Of a stretch of DNA of 64,000 bases, positions 38,271 to 52,044 are shown piece after piece. A program made the position numbers and the translations under genes. The notes under the pieces are model-generated. The model was not told where the DNA came from. It saw only the letters and a program-made list of their open reading frames with translations, and did not search any database. Origin of the DNA: Lepidodermella squamata (taxonomy: Eukaryota; Animalia; Gastrotricha); the NCBI GenBank assembly GCA_047495785.1, contig JBLDXI010000033.1, forward strand, positions 930,001 to 994,000, given 5' to 3'. Position 1 is the first letter of the stretch. Every line of letters starts with the position of its first letter.

Positions 38271-40574
38271 TCAAATGTGCTGAAACCTGCTTCCCATCCT
38301 CGATTGTGGGCTTGACGGTACTATTACCCTATTCCCGCTATAGCGCATTCCATTTATTAAGTAGTGAGATGCCGATGTGGCAAGCAAGAATACAGATAAA
38401 ATGATGTCATATTGAAAGCTAGGTGCCATAATGTATCCAATGGCAGCAGACGCGCAGAACAATGATGCAGTGATTCCCATTGAAAAATTAACCGATTTCG
38501 CCCCAGGGTGCTTTCTCAAATAACGTAACGTTGGCTGCAATTTTAACACAAACATCAGGCCAAGAAGAATCAGAGCGAAGTTCAGAATGACAATAGCTCC
38601 CAGCCAGGCAGATGCCCGCTTAGATTGGCACAACCTCCACGCCGTTATTGTGTAAGCGTCAACAGCTTCATCATAATAAGCAGAAGGATTTGAAACTGAA
38701 TCAGCAGATACTGGGTTCACGGCTAACCAAGCGGAGACAATTGCGAGATTAATAGCAGTGTAGACGGCCGTGAATACCGTCAGACGATTCCCTCCGACTT
38801 CAATGTCAACTAGATCAGGATTTACGGACTGATCTGATTTTACAGAGAAAGATGTAGCAGCTGAGTTCAAACGATGTAGCCCAGACCGTCCAGTGCTAAG
38901 GTATCGTCGCAGAACAATGTGGTAATTTATGACCCTAATAACTATGCCAAATATAAGGGACGAAACGCCGATAGTAATCACGACAATTGCTAGATTGCAA
39001 ATCGTGTTTGAACGCAAATTGATGGGCGTAGATATCAATGGAACAGACAAAGAGAGACAGAAATAGCTAGTTAGCGAAACTAAATTCCTCACCAGGTCTT
39101 TTCGTGTCTGCTTATCGATGATATGCCGCTTGGCTATGAGAATAACTTGGACAAGGAACAGGGTGATTGCAGCAATTGTTAGAATGACGTAAATGGAAAG
39201 TGGCACTCCCATAACTACAGTAACAGTAGCAGGCGAGTCACGAGGTAGCGAATCTGTTTCGAAAGGTCTAATTTCAGTAAACGCAATGACATTTGGCTCA
39301 TTGAAATTCGATGCATTCGCCATCAAGGTTCCAACTAATCTAACAATCAGACCCGTTCCCTGTTGCCACGTCATAACAGCCTGAGGCTCATAGTCCCATT
39401 CTAAACGGCTAGAATATCGAAAATTGCTGAATCTCAAACTTTCGTAGCGAATCGAACTTATTGTTTGGTTTGCAATCTTCATAACAAGCTCTGGATGCTC
39501 TTGGTAATCTCTCAAGTTCATATTAAGCGTGGCGAGCTTTTTCTCCGTATCATTGAGTGCGACAATAGCTTGAAGCGCTGCGTCGTAGCAAATTCCGCGG
39601 AACGATTCAGCCACTCGTGACAAGTTTTGAGCTCTTTCCGATATTATTCTTTCAAATGCAGGTTGAGAAAGGCCCAATGCGTCAACTCGCGATGATACAA
39701 CAGGTGAAGCATCACTAGGTCCCACAACGATCACTGATTTCAGTTGCTCGATGTAATTCTCCCTTGAACAACCGCTTGGGTAGATCTGTCCGGGTGATGG
39801 CTCTAGAAACGCAACAGATGGAATGAAGAACGTAAAGCGGCGTCCCGTTACCCCACTTTTGAACGCCTGGCATAGAAACTGCTGCGACATTGCTGGGTCT
39901 GAAGTTTCAAATGTGAAGATTCTGACGTCGCGCTTCTTCAGCAGTTGCAACAACTCGTCGTTGACATCGAGAAATGCTTCGAAAGGCTGTACCTTAATCC
40001 CGTTAGCTGTCGCAATTTCGTGGAAGAAAATCCCAGTTTGAACAGAAAACGCGTTACCCAACTCCACGATAACAGCTAACGTTTTCCATGGCGTGAATCG
40101 TCTGATGAAATGAAGCCGAGTAACAAGGCCGAGCTCGATTGGACCCCGAACTCTGTACATATTGGGGTAAAGATCACGTCTAGCTGTCTGGCTGGGGGCA
40201 GTGCAAGATCCAGCTATCATCACCATATTCATGTGATTCGCAATCGATCCCCAAGCTTTACAGCCAGGGGTTGCAATTGCGCCGACAGTTATAGGGGATT
40301 TGTACGTATTGCTTGATTGCATGATTTGTTCGGTGAATTTAACGCCCTCTGCAGCGGCGTTGGCACTGTACACTTGCTCGTCTTTGTGCAAGAATTCGAC
40401 ACGGTAGCCGGGCAGTAAATTGCGTTCGTTGACGATTTCTCCGACGAGATTTACCGCGAATCGGCATCTTTCGAAAAACGAAGGCAACTGGGTCAGAATC
40501 AACAAATTACTTGTGTTCTGAGCTGCTGCGAGATTTAGTTGGTAAATAATGAGCAAAATATTATAAAAATTCAT
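38271..40574 (-). CDS. Intronless class C GPCR, GABA-B-receptor-like (Venus flytrap + 7TM, no cysteine-rich domain)
   Basis: Signal peptide; AVNLV.EIVNERNLLPGYRVEF and RDLYPNMYR (ANF-receptor type); LPRD linker; seven hydrophobic segments with TM3 and ECL2 Cys. Confidence 0.85.
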   Translation of the reverse strand: MNFYNILLIIYQLNLAAAQNTSNLLILTQLPSFFERCRFAVNLVGEIVNERNLLPGYRVEFLHKDEQVYSANAAAEGVKFTEQIMQSSNTYKSPITVGAIATPGCKAWGSIANHMNMVMIAGSCTAPSQTARRDLYPNMYRVRGPIELGLVTRLHFIRRFTPWKTLAVIVELGNAFSVQTGIFFHEIATANGIKVQPFEAFLDVNDELLQLLKKRDVRIFTFETSDPAMSQQFLCQAFKSGVTGRRFTFFIPSVAFLEPSPGQIYPSGCSRENYIEQLKSVIVVGPSDASPVVSSRVDALGLSQPAFERIISERAQNLSRVAESFRGICYDAALQAIVALNDTEKKLATLNMNLRDYQEHPELVMKIANQTISSIRYESLRFSNFRYSSRLEWDYEPQAVMTWQQGTGLIVRLVGTLMANASNFNEPNVIAFTEIRPFETDSLPRDSPATVTVVMGVPLSIYVILTIAAITLFLVQVILIAKRHIIDKQTRKDLVRNLVSLTSYFCLSLSVPLISTPINLRSNTICNLAIVVITIGVSSLIFGIVIRVINYHIVLRRYLSTGRSGLHRLNSAATSFSVKSDQSVNPDLVDIEVGGNRLTVFTAVYTAINLAIVSAWLAVNPVSADSVSNPSAYYDEAVDAYTITAWRLCQSKRASAWLGAIVILNFALILLGLMFVLKLQPTLRYLRKHPGAKSVNFSMGITASLFCASAAIGYIMAPSFQYDIILSVFLLATSASHYLINGMRYSGNRVIVPSSPQSRMGSRFQHI

Positions 40575-41496
40575 TTTCTTCAGATGGAGGGTTTTCTATT
40601 GATTAAGGAACATCCTCAAGTTTTATGGCTCGCTGTCACATGCGTCATTTAACTCAATTATCTAGCTTGCAGCCAGACGATTTCCTCAGGAAATAACAGG
40701 TGCGCACAAAGTCAAATGGGAAATTGGTTCCGTTTGTTCATTTTTCAAGCTTTTCCCACGTGGGCTGCTAATGTAAAACGAAGGATGCAACTTAAGCCGA
40801 AAAAATGTCGACAAAATGGTTGGCTGAAGCGTCCCTTTTTCAATCAACTTTGGCAATATGCATAAAATTATCAATTAAAAGCATCTTCCACCCACCTATT
40901 GCTTCAATCCGGCTGAGCAATGACCCTTTTTGAACGCCATTAAACCATTAAAAAATCGATGGCGCGTGTCCCGTCTGTTAAAATGAAGAGCTAGTACTAA
41001 TTTTCTGAAAATGTATCCTATAGGCTGAACCTGATGCAAATTTGCATGCTGAACAGACGGAACCCGATAAAAATGCCAATTAATTATTTCAAATGATCAA
41101 TAACCCTATGATGGTTTTATCGCAAGATGTTTCGAAATCATAAAGATTTCTCCATATCAGGTTTTGAAAGTGAACAGAGATTTTCCAGAAAATGGAGTTT
41201 TAAAGGGGATATTTTTTCAAAAGGTGAAATCAGCAACGGTGGTTCAAGCGTGAGGGTAACGTTATCATTAACGCATTAAAAAGTCATATCCTATATTTAC
41301 CAGGGATCGTAGCCTGCGATAATGGGCCAGTACTCTAGTGCTAAATCGTTAAACTGATAAATTAATTAATAACCTTTCACCGTCGGTAACAACTCAATCG
41401 AGCGACAGTGCTGCTTTCATGGATATTTCATTGATCGACTGCGCCATTTTCAAAATTTCAATTTGCCATATATTGAAAATATTCATAATATTAAAT

Positions 41497-43051
41497 ATGT
41501 CCCTCGCTGCGATTTTTCCTGTCTTCTTGCAGACACTTCTGATGATTGCGGCCAATGCTGACCCGGCGAGTGTCAATCTGAATGCAGTGTTGTTAGCAAA
41601 GGATTTGACAGATAGGTACAACAAAACAATTATTCCTGCATCGACTTGCGCCGACCCAACAGCGAATTTCTGCCCGTTCAGAGTTGTTTGTCGGCTATTC
41701 CTTATTCGAATTCAGGATATAGTCGAGAGCTCTGAATCGCTCATCACAACCGTACGGGTCCAGTTAGGCTGGGTAGATCCTGGAATGCGTTGGAATCCGG
41801 CTGATTATGGAGGGGTCAACTCGATAACGTTACCAGGCGATGCGTTATGGAAGCCGGATTTGCAGTTTGTTAACAGCATTGAGGATATGTACACGCTGTT
41901 TTCGCAAGACAGTTTCGGATTCAGAGTCACAAATGACGGGCAAGTATGGTGGCACCCAACTGGCAAGGTCCAGACGCGTTGTGCTATCGATCTTTCGTAC
42001 TACCCATTCGACTACCAGTGAGCTTTAAGTGACTCAGAATTGTATCATAGCAAAAATTCAATTTTCAGACGCTGCGTCATTATAGTCGAGTCTGTCATCA
42101 ATACGGCTGGAGAAATGATGCTTGATTTGCGATCTGATAAAACCGACCATGTTTCCCTTCAGCTTTTTGCAAGAAACGAAATGTGGTCTCTGATTGGTAA
42201 GCTATTAGCAAAATCAATTCAGAGCCTAATGATTCCTTTTCCTTAATATATAGACAGTACAGCTGCTCCAACATTGTACAGATCGTCCAAAAACACCTAC
42301 TTCAGCCGAATTCAATTTTGGCTAACTATAAAACGTGACTCAGAGTACTATCAGCAAACAATCTTGATCCCAGTCGCTCTTCTTTCGATGCTTCAAGCTG
42401 TGACGTACCTAATACCGATAAAATTTGTCGACCGGACACCGCAAGCAACAGTGGTCTTGCTTACGACGTTTTTCCTTCAAAGTTAGCCGCCAGTTTCATT
42501 AATTTTTCATTGATTTTCACAAAATTTCAGGCTACATTTCTGACCGCATGCCGAGGTCGTCGAAGCAGTCTCTAGTCCTGACCTATTTGAACATTTTGAT
42601 CGGAGTTTCAGTTGCTACCATCATGATTTGCGTGATAACATTGCAGGCTATCGACCCCGATGATGGGCTCGAATGGTGGGGCATTGTAAGAATGCGGTAA
42701 GAAACGTTTCAAGGCATTTTACTTTCCCTAGAGTGCTCCTTCTATAGATACCGTTTGATACAAAAAGTCAACAGAAGGAGAGGTCGGCCGAAGACCGTGA
42801 GAGTCTCGCCAGCTCAATCATCAACTAGCTCGGATATTGACTTGAAGGATAAAACCAATAGTGCTGAAATGGCACCGTTGCCAAAAGCTGCGCTTGCTGC
42901 CGCCCTGCTAAACTTGATCGGCTTCGTCGTCAGCATGCTGATAGCAATCATCTATCCGTTGGTAGCTTTCGTCTTGTACATGCAGCCCATTCCACAACCC
43001 ATGCCGCATTCAGCCGCGAATTATTCGGTGACTTACTACGCTGATCCATAA
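41497..43051 (+). CDS. Divergent Cys-loop channel subunit L3
   Basis: WNPADYGG, LWKPDL, Cys-loop CAIDLSYYPFDYQRC, M2 DRTPQATVVLLTTFF, tail NYSVTYYADP. Confidence 0.92.
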
Positions 43052-43488
43052 CCCGCAATCCATACTTCTCGGTTTCGGCCGCCGGTTGGCATTAAAATGA
43101 AACTGTGAACTGTGATGACGTTGTAGCCATCCCTAATAAAGCGTTATGATCGAGAAAAGTTGCAAGATGAACCATGATGACGATGGACCCCCTCCTTCCA
43201 CCTGCATTCCAATAGAATACTTGATTCACTCAACACCCAACATTCCTTCCTTTTTTATTCGAAAAAATGGGCGCAAATCCTTGAAAATGTGATTTAAATA
43301 CTATGGAGTATTGAATCTTTAACCCTTTATACTAGAAATAAGCTTCGGCGTGTAACACCTGTGCCTGGGCGAGATTCTATGAGCTGTCAATCAACTTGTT
43401 TTCTCTTCATTTGATTCGTTGCTTGGTGCTCGGTGCTCGCAGCCAGCACTAGCATTATTTGATTCATTTTAGCGAAAAAGTAACAGGG

Positions 43489-45330
43489 ATGGGAATAATT
43501 GCACCAGCGCTTTTACTCACTTTGGCTGTCTTACCTTCGGGCGACTGTGGACCAGTCGAATACCACCAGAAGCAAGCTGACTTGCGCAGCATGTTGTTCA
43601 AAGATTACAATAGGAACATTCTACCTGCCTCAAATTGCAGTGACCCGAATGCAGTGACGTGTCCTTTCGTCATTCAGGCTCGACTCTTTCTCGTCCGCAT
43701 TCATGATTTGGTGGAGGACAAAGAGGCTCTCGATGCAACTGTTCGACTTCAACTCGTGAGTTTTCGACTAAAAAATTAGCGTTCGTTGTTAATCAGTATG
43801 CATAGTCTTGGTATGACCCAGCTTTGACATGGAATCCCAGCAACTATATGAACATTGACTCGATATTCTTGCCACCGAGAACAATTTGGGAGCCAGACCT
43901 TCACGTATATCCTTTAATTTTAAAATGAGATAATTTGACAATCATGCTTATCGATTTTTGTTAAGATTGCGAACAGCGTTGATCTGGCACTTTTCTTTGA
44001 ATACGGCTACTTCGGTTACAGAGTGACTCATCAAGGGTATGCAATTATTGCCTTATAGGATATTTCTCGATTCTTTCATTCCAGGCAAGTCTTCTGGAAT
44101 ATCACCGCAAAGGTTCTAACACGATGTCCACTGGTAAGGATTTTCAATGGAGAAGTCTCACTGCTAAAAAGTCTTTCTTATTAGGATCTTGGCGACTATC
44201 CTTTCGACTATCAGTGAGCTTTCAACTTCGAGTAGATATAAAAAGTCCCCTGTCTATATTAAGGCTCTGTGCAATCATTGTTGAATCCCCATTCCACACA
44301 TCCGACGAGCTGTATCTTACGATTCCGTCTAAAGCCGAACTCGCGTTTTCTAAAAACATGCTGGCGCAAAATGACCGATGGCGCTTATCAGGTTATCAAT
44401 AGTTTTAATATTTTCAAATTACAACTGTTTGTTATACTACCCTTCAGCCTCTACGGCTTTTCCTATCTTCTACAAAACGGGCGAGACGTTGTACAGCCGC
44501 ATTCACTTCTGGATCACGATCGATCGCGATTCGGGCTACTACCAACAATGCTTTCTAATCCCAATCGCATTGCTATCAGTCATTCAAACGATGACCTACC
44601 TAGTACCAATGCATTTTTCGGATAGAGTAGGCCAGTCAACTGTGGTCCTTCTTACAGCGTTTCTTCTCGAGGGTATTACATTCACTTAAAAGTTAGCCGT
44701 TTTACGTCTTGTAATAGGTTACATCTCCGACCGCTTGCCAAAGTCATCGCAACAGTCCCTAGTTCAGACATACCTGAACATCCTGATTGGAATTTCTGTA
44801 GTCGCGAATGGTCTCTGCATCCTGACTGTCGAAATGTTAGACCCAGATCCTGCCTTGGAATGGTGGGGAATTCCTACCCTTCAGTAAATTCTCTCATTTT
44901 TCGAATATAAATGTTACCTATGGCCATTTCTGTTTTCAGTAAGATCGTTACGCGGAATTTTCAGTTTGGCAGGAGGCAATCAGTCTCGCCAACTCCAGAT
45001 TGTCCTAACAGCACGCTGTCTGTTAAGTCAGTCAGTAGCCGAAGTTCGAAATCATCGCGATCTTCACGTTCCTCGCACTCGTCAGGCAGCAGCCACGTCT
45101 CTAATGAAACGTCAGCTACAGAAATCATGGAAGGCGAAAAATTCCAGGCATTGATTTTCCCAGCCGCCATTCTCAACTTTCTAGGCTTCGCTGGCTCGTT
45201 GCTGCTAGTAATTATCTACCCGATCGCTGTTTTCATCGGATCGATAGCCTCACAGCCGCCCCCGCTGCCGAGACCACCAGCCGATAACATTACGTATTCC
45301 TACTACGCAGAGGGAACGTTTCGCATTTGA
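43489..45330 (+). CDS. Divergent Cys-loop channel subunit L4 (about 8 introns)
   Basis: WNPSNY, IWEPDL, spliced Cys-loop CPLDLGDYPFDYQLC, M2 DRVGQSTVVLLTAF, tail NITYSYYAEG. Confidence 0.9.
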
Positions 45331-45434
45331 AAGAAAATAATCCATAATTTAAAAGTTAATTTCTCCATTAAATAAGCTTTAATTGAAATTTCAAAATAAA
45401 TAAACGCTCTATGACATGTGGTTATAGATGAAAT

Positions 45435-47027
45435 TCAAAATTCAGCGTAATATGAGGTTGAGACGTTCCCTTCAGGAGCTCGAGGCATTTCAGGTGGTGG
45501 CATATCACCGAGACCGTAAAACGCGAAAAACGGGTAACCAAAAGACAGGCTAACGCTAGCAACAAAGCCGATCCAGTTGATAATAGCTGCGATTATAGCT
45601 GTTTTCCTAACTTGGGCAATGCTAGGCGATGGAGAAGAGGATGCAATCTCATCTTCAGTTTTGTCGGCAGATACTTTCTGAGTTTTACGAAGGCAACATT
45701 TCAGCAAAGGTACGAAGCCCCATATTTGCAAGCCTTCGTCCGGATCGACGAGTTCGATTGTTAGGATGCAGAAAGCGACTGTAACGACTGATAGAGCGAT
45801 TGTAAGGTTAAGATAGGTTTGGACTAGCGAATCGCCAGACGATCTTGGTAACTGATCTGATAGGTAGCCTTGGAGGAAAAACGCGGTCAGGAGGACTACT
45901 GTAGCTTGAGGTACTCGATCGATGTACTTGATTGGCATCAAATAGGTTAGAATCTTCAATTATAAAAATTAAGAAGAAACTTTCTCCAATTTGAGAGTTT
46001 CATGAACTTACTTGCAGAATTGAAAGAAGCATCAATGGGACCAAAAATGAGCGTTGGTAAAAATCTGTAAATTAGGCGAATTTTAATTTCATGGGCAAAA
46101 TGTCCTAAATACCTGGTTTTCTCTTCATTGTAATCCAGAAATGAATACGACTGAAGCCGGTATTTTTGCCTGTTTTGTAAACTGTGCTGTATCCACTCGT
46201 ATCTGTTCGAAAGATTCATGCAATAATGTTTCCGGGAATTTTGAAAAATTTATAGCGTCCAACCTATCAAAGTCCACATGGGGTTTTCCGAGTACATTCC
46301 AAGTGATATGGCTTCAGGCTTATCCGAGCGAATAATGAGCTGCAACTCTCGCGTTGTGTACATCAAAGACTCGACCACTAGAGAGCATCTCCTGAAAAAG
46401 AAGTTCGGAATTCAATTCAATCTCAATTTCGGAACTAACTGGTAGTCGAAGGGATAGTAAGTGAGTTGGAGAGAGCACCGAGTTGAGAACCGCCCAGTTG
46501 GATGAAACCACACGCGGCCATCGTTCATGACTCGAAACATGAAGGGCCCCTCGTTTAACACCTCCATCGCATCGTCGACGCTGTTGGCCATTTGTAAATG
46601 CGGCTTCCATATCGAATCAGGCGGGAAAGTTATGTCCTTAATTCCACCGTAATCGGCTGGATTCCAGGTGAGAGCCGGGTCATACCAACTCTATTAAAGT
46701 ATTTTTGAGAAAATAATTATGAGCTTGAGTAATTACCAGCTGGAGACGTAATGTTGACACGAGAGTTTCAGAATTTTCAACGATTTCCTGAATTCGAATC
46801 GGGTATAGCCGAGATTGGACGATGAAGGGACATTTGGCTTTTGAAGTATCATTCGCCTCTCGGCATCGGCCGGGTCGGGGTAATACACTGCGATTATACG
46901 CACTAGCCGGGCCAATCAATTGATGAATCAGCAGAGCCGAATATTCGTGATCAAGGTCGTCATTTGAAGCAAAGGACTCGCGATGAGAGATAATAGTAAA
47001 AATTAAGGTGGCTAAAGTTGCGCGCAT
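45435..47027 (-). CDS. Divergent Cys-loop channel subunit L5
   Basis: WNPADYGG, Cys-loop CSLQLTYYPFDYQRC, M2 DRVPQATVVLLTAFF, tail NVSTSYYAEF. Confidence 0.92.
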
Positions 47028-47302
47028 TTTTTCGCACACGAGTTAATTTTTTTACATTATTGTATTAGAAAACTGGTATAGTTGATATTTTATAACCATG
47101 GTGTGTACCAAATAATAGCTTGAATGTTTATGTAAACATTGAGTAATTTTTAGGCTGTAGGCGCATCGATCATTAGCACGCGATTTTATAACTTATACGT
47201 ATAACCAAAACAAGTCGTAAAAAACGGACGCAAACATCCATCCGACCACCGACTGTGTGATGCGCGTAAATCATTTTAAACGCGGGCGATCATCAAACAT
47301 CA

Positions 47303-49043
47303 TCAGTGCTCGGCATAGTACGACTCGGATATATTATCGTGCCGCGGCGCCGGAATTTTCGGCGGCTCCTGGTAGTGCATCTCGATAAAAACTGCGATCG
47401 GGTATAGGAATGAGAGGAAAGTAGCCGCTGAAAAGCCGATCAAGTTCAACGTGGCCGCGATGATCGTCGACGTCTTCAGGCCACTTCCTTGCCGACCTTT
47501 CACGCGCTTGATTGACAGGTTATTTTTTAACGACCGCCGAAGTTGAAGACTCTCCTCCAGGTCGACAACTGCCTCGGATGAGTGGCGCCGCCATTGTTCG
47601 ATCTGGCGTTGGGTGTTACGCCGAACATGCTGCTGCGCTAGACGGGCTCGGTTTTTTCGGCGGTCGTAGTAGTGTAGGATGCCCCATAGAGGTAGCCCTT
47701 CATCCGGGTCAACGAGCTCGGTTGTTGTGATGCAAATTAATACGGTTATGACGGAGGAGCCGAGCATGAGGTTGACGTAGGTTTGGAGTAAGGATTCGCT
47801 TGAACTACGCGGCAATTGACTGGCGAGCTGGCCTTGGAAGAAAAACGCTGTCAGCAATACAACAGTAGCTTGAGGGACCTATTTAAAATTAAAATTAATC
47901 AAAAATAAATTCAGAAATTTTCATACTCGATCTATGAATTTCAGCGGTATTAGGAAGGTTAGGACTTGAAGGACGGACAGCAAGAGCAAAGGAGTTAGGT
48001 AAGTTCTTTGAAAATAATCTGAAAAAAAATAAAATAATTCGCAAATAAATTCCTACTTAAAAGCGGACCTGATTTCCTTTTAAGTATAAAGAAAAATTCA
48101 ACGCGGCCGAAACTAGTCCTCCTGCCTGTTTTATATATCGCGGAAAATCCATCGGCATCTATATGGGGTATGTCTGATTCATCGGAAATCAGCCTTCAGC
48201 ATTCAGTCCTTACCTATTAGTGACCACATAGGATTTTCGGCGTACATTCCTAGCGCGACTGGGTCAGGCTTATCTGAACGAAGGTTGATCAACATTTCAC
48301 TGGCCTTGTAAGTCACAGATTCGAAGACTATCGAGCATCTCCTGATTTTCGGGAAAAATCGTAATTTTTCACTTAATTTACGAAAATTCCTTACTGATAG
48401 TCAAACGGGTAATATTTAAGGTCGAGTAGGCACCGAGTTGCGTATTTGCCGCTCGGGTGATACCAAACCCGGCCGTCATGGGTGACTCGATACCGGAAAT
48501 CGTCGTGATGGATGACGTTGTTCTTATCCTCAACGCTGTTAGCTACGTGAAGGTCGGGCGACCAAATCTGTTGAGGCGGCAAGATGACCTCATCGACCCC
48601 GCCGTAATCCGCCGGGTTCCAGGTTAGAGCAGGGTCATTCCAACTCTGAATAAAAATCGATTTTTACAAGCTTTTCGAACACTATAAAAAATTACCAATT
48701 GAAGTCGGATGGTTGTCACCATGGTTTCGTCATTTTCTACAACTTCTTGAATCCGAATGAGGTAGAGTCGGCAGAACACTCGAAATGGACAGCTTTGACT
48801 GCTGCTAATAGTCGACTCTCGGTCCATGACGTTACCCGGTCCATCTGGGCATAAAGCAGCTGGCATCAGGGTTTTGTTGTAGCCACTGTTTTTCCCAACC
48901 AGATGCTCCACGAGATTGGCCTCCATTCTCGATTTCTGCAGCAGAATTTCTCTGCGCTGTTTTTCGGGTGATTCGGCGGCGCCATGCAGACCGAAAACAT
49001 TGGTAGAAAAAATGCAGAGAACGAGTAAAGATTTGCAGGTCAT
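47303..49043 (-). CDS. Divergent Cys-loop channel subunit L6
   Basis: IWSPDLHVANS, Cys-loop CLLDLKYYPFDYQRC, ELVDPDEGLPLWG, tail NISESYYAEH. Confidence 0.92.
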
Positions 49044-50353
49044 ATTTTTTAGTACATTGTTCTTCTAACAGCTTCTAAATATAACCTCGCAGCTGATGTC
49101 CGCTGATCACATATTATGCTATAAGTTATTTTTCTCATTATCGAGCCTGAAATGCAGGATTTCCTGCCACCTCAGTGATCACAGCCGCGTGTACTGATCG
49201 ACTGATGAATAAATAATTAGTGGCACTGCTTGATATCACCAGCGAGGCCGCCAAATTGAGAGAGGCGTTCACGCTGTCTCGATTTTTATTGTCTGAAGTG
49301 CTAGCGCAAAATGATGTGACACCCTTCGCAAAGCCAGTTTTAGGCCCATGCTGTCAAATATCTAATGCGACGATAGAATTTGAAAAAAATGCAGACACTG
49401 AAAGCATCTGCGTTTTCTTTAATTTTCAATAGCCCACATTCTAAATTTAGGGTTAATTTCGTTTAATTTAGCGAAGCAATAAAATTAGCGCTGAATTTCC
49501 TCAAATAAAGGTTTTTTCAATTTAACACCATCCCTGGAATCAGAGTAATTTTATGGTTTGGCAATGTTCATTCTATTGAGTTTCCCTTCTGGAGAGTCGA
49601 TATCGATTCCTTTATCGATTTTAGAAATCAGTGATTTTTCCTATCTCAAATTTATCGGCAACCACTACAGCGAGAGTCCCAGAATTTGCGCAACTATTTT
49701 TTAATTTGGCAGCTTTTTTTTAGGAAATTCAGCTGACTTTATTAAATTAACAATTAAACCTACCGAGAGAATATTCCATCGCTTATCCGCGATTTAACCG
49801 AAGAAATAAATAAAACCAGGGAACCCCGATGGTAACGAGTTCGGTAATTTTCGGTATTTTACCAGATTGGGCCAAATTTCTCCGGACTTTTTCTTTACCA
49901 TTAACAACGGACATACTACATACTTGATATTTTTTGAATTTTTCTAACAATTTTCTAGCCATGAGATATGACTTCATCTCTCATTTTAGACTTTCCAAAC
50001 CCTTCCTTATCAGTGTATTTTCTTTGCTTGCTTTACTTATGGAACACGCCGTACGCTGTATTGAAAAATGTTTAACATACCTAAGGAGGTGGAAAAGGGA
50101 AAATTAAAAAACCCCGTGCTGGCAGGGGAAATTATTATCAATCGTGAAATTTGTTGATGAAACTCAAACTTTTGCGGAATTAAAAAAATTAATTTTTCAT
50201 TGAGCCAAGAAAATCTAAGATTTGAATTAATATTATTCATAACTCTTTTCATAACCTCTTTTACTGTTGATTGGAAAATTATTCATAAATTGTGGAAAAA
50301 ATCAAAAAATTAACTGTAAAGATGTAAAATTCTATTTTTATTTCTCGGTAAAA

Positions 50354-52044
50354 TTATTCAGGATAGTAAGACGATGACAGATTTCCATGCCCAGGGTTGC
50401 GAATCGATGGCGGTTGAACGGAACAAAAGTCCAAGAATGACATAAACGGGTATGAAACTGAGGTGATTATCACAATTAAAAATCCCAGCCAATTCAATGT
50501 GTTAGCCGCGATAGTGGTTGCTTTGATGTGATACCGCACACCGTCCGGCGATTCATAGCTGATGCATGAAAATCTCGAAACAACAGGCGTTGGCACGGGG
50601 TCGACAGCGATTGATTTGCGCTTATCGCCTTTCCGTCTGACATTGGATTGAAAGGAAATTTTGTGCCGCTCATAAAAACTGTGAAGAGCCCCCCATAACG
50701 GCAGACCTTCGTCTGGATCGACCAGCTCAATGGCGAGGATACAGATTGAAACTGTGATCACGGACATGGTTATCATGACATTGATGTAGTCTTGGAGGAG
50801 AGAATCTTCCGAACTTCGAGGTAGCCGAGCTGAAAGCTGACCCTTGAAGTAAAATGTCGTCATCAAGACGACAGTTGCTTGAGGAATCTTAAAAAAGGAA
50901 CGTAAGACCAATCATTTTGTTGAGAGACATTTTCTTACACGATCGATGAATTTAAGCGGCATGAAAAATGTGAGGACTTGAAGCGTGGATAGCAAAATTA
51001 GGGGAATGAAATAGGTTCGTTGAAAATAGTCTGAAAAATAATTGAAATTTTTAAAATATTTAGCGAAAATGATAAAAAACCAACCTGACTTCCGCTTCAC
51101 AATCACAACAAACTGAACTCGGCTAAATCCTGTTCGGCGACCAGTTCGGTACACTGATGAAAAACCATCGGCATCTGAAAAAAATTTGATAAAATTGAGA
51201 AAAATTTTACTTCAATTAATTTATACCAATCAACGTCCACATTGGATTTTCGGCATACATTCCGAGAGCTACGGCATCGGCTTTATCCGGCCGAATAAAT
51301 AGCAGCAATTCGTTATGTTTATAGGTCATCGACTCTAATATCAACGAGCAGCGTCTGGATGAGATACTAGAATTTTTCGAGATTTTTCAAGATTTTTCCA
51401 AGCTCACTGATAATCGAATGGGTAATATTTTAGATCGAGTTTGCAGCGCGTCTCGTATTTTTCGCTGGGGTGAAACCAAACCACCCCATCAAAGTTCACC
51501 CTGTATCGAAATTCCGCTGAAGATACGGCATTAGCATCAGCTTCGATGCTATTCGCCACGTGAAGATCGGGCGTCCAAATAGCTTGAGCTGGAATGATAA
51601 TTTCCTTCAAGCCTCCGAACTGCGCCGGGTCCCACATTAAAGCAGGATCGGTCCAGCTCTTAAGTGAATTTCGAATTTTTTAATTAAAAAAATTGAGAAA
51701 TAAAATACCAGCTGTAAGCGAACTGTTGTTACGAACGTTTCGTCATTTTCGATGATGTCCTGAATTCTGATTAAATAAAGCCGGCAGTTGACGAAAAACG
51801 GACAGGAATTTGGCTTAACAGTGTTGTCGCGAGTCAAATGCATGAATGGTATGGTATTTGGGCAGAACGTAAGTGGCAGAGTTGTCTTGTCGTAGCCGCT
51901 TTTCGGCCCGATCAGGAAATCGAGAAGTTCCGCTTCGAAATGACCTCTTGTTGGAGTGCTGTTGTTATTACCTGATTTTATCTGAGAACTGGCTATTCCA
52001 AAATCAGCATAAATCATCAGAAGTAAAATTTCTCTCAAAAACAT
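50354..52044 (-). CDS. Divergent Cys-loop channel subunit L7
   Basis: IWTPDLHVANS, Cys-loop CKLDLKYYPFDYQRC, M2 DRIPQATVVLMTTFYF, tail NLSSSYYPE. Confidence 0.92.
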
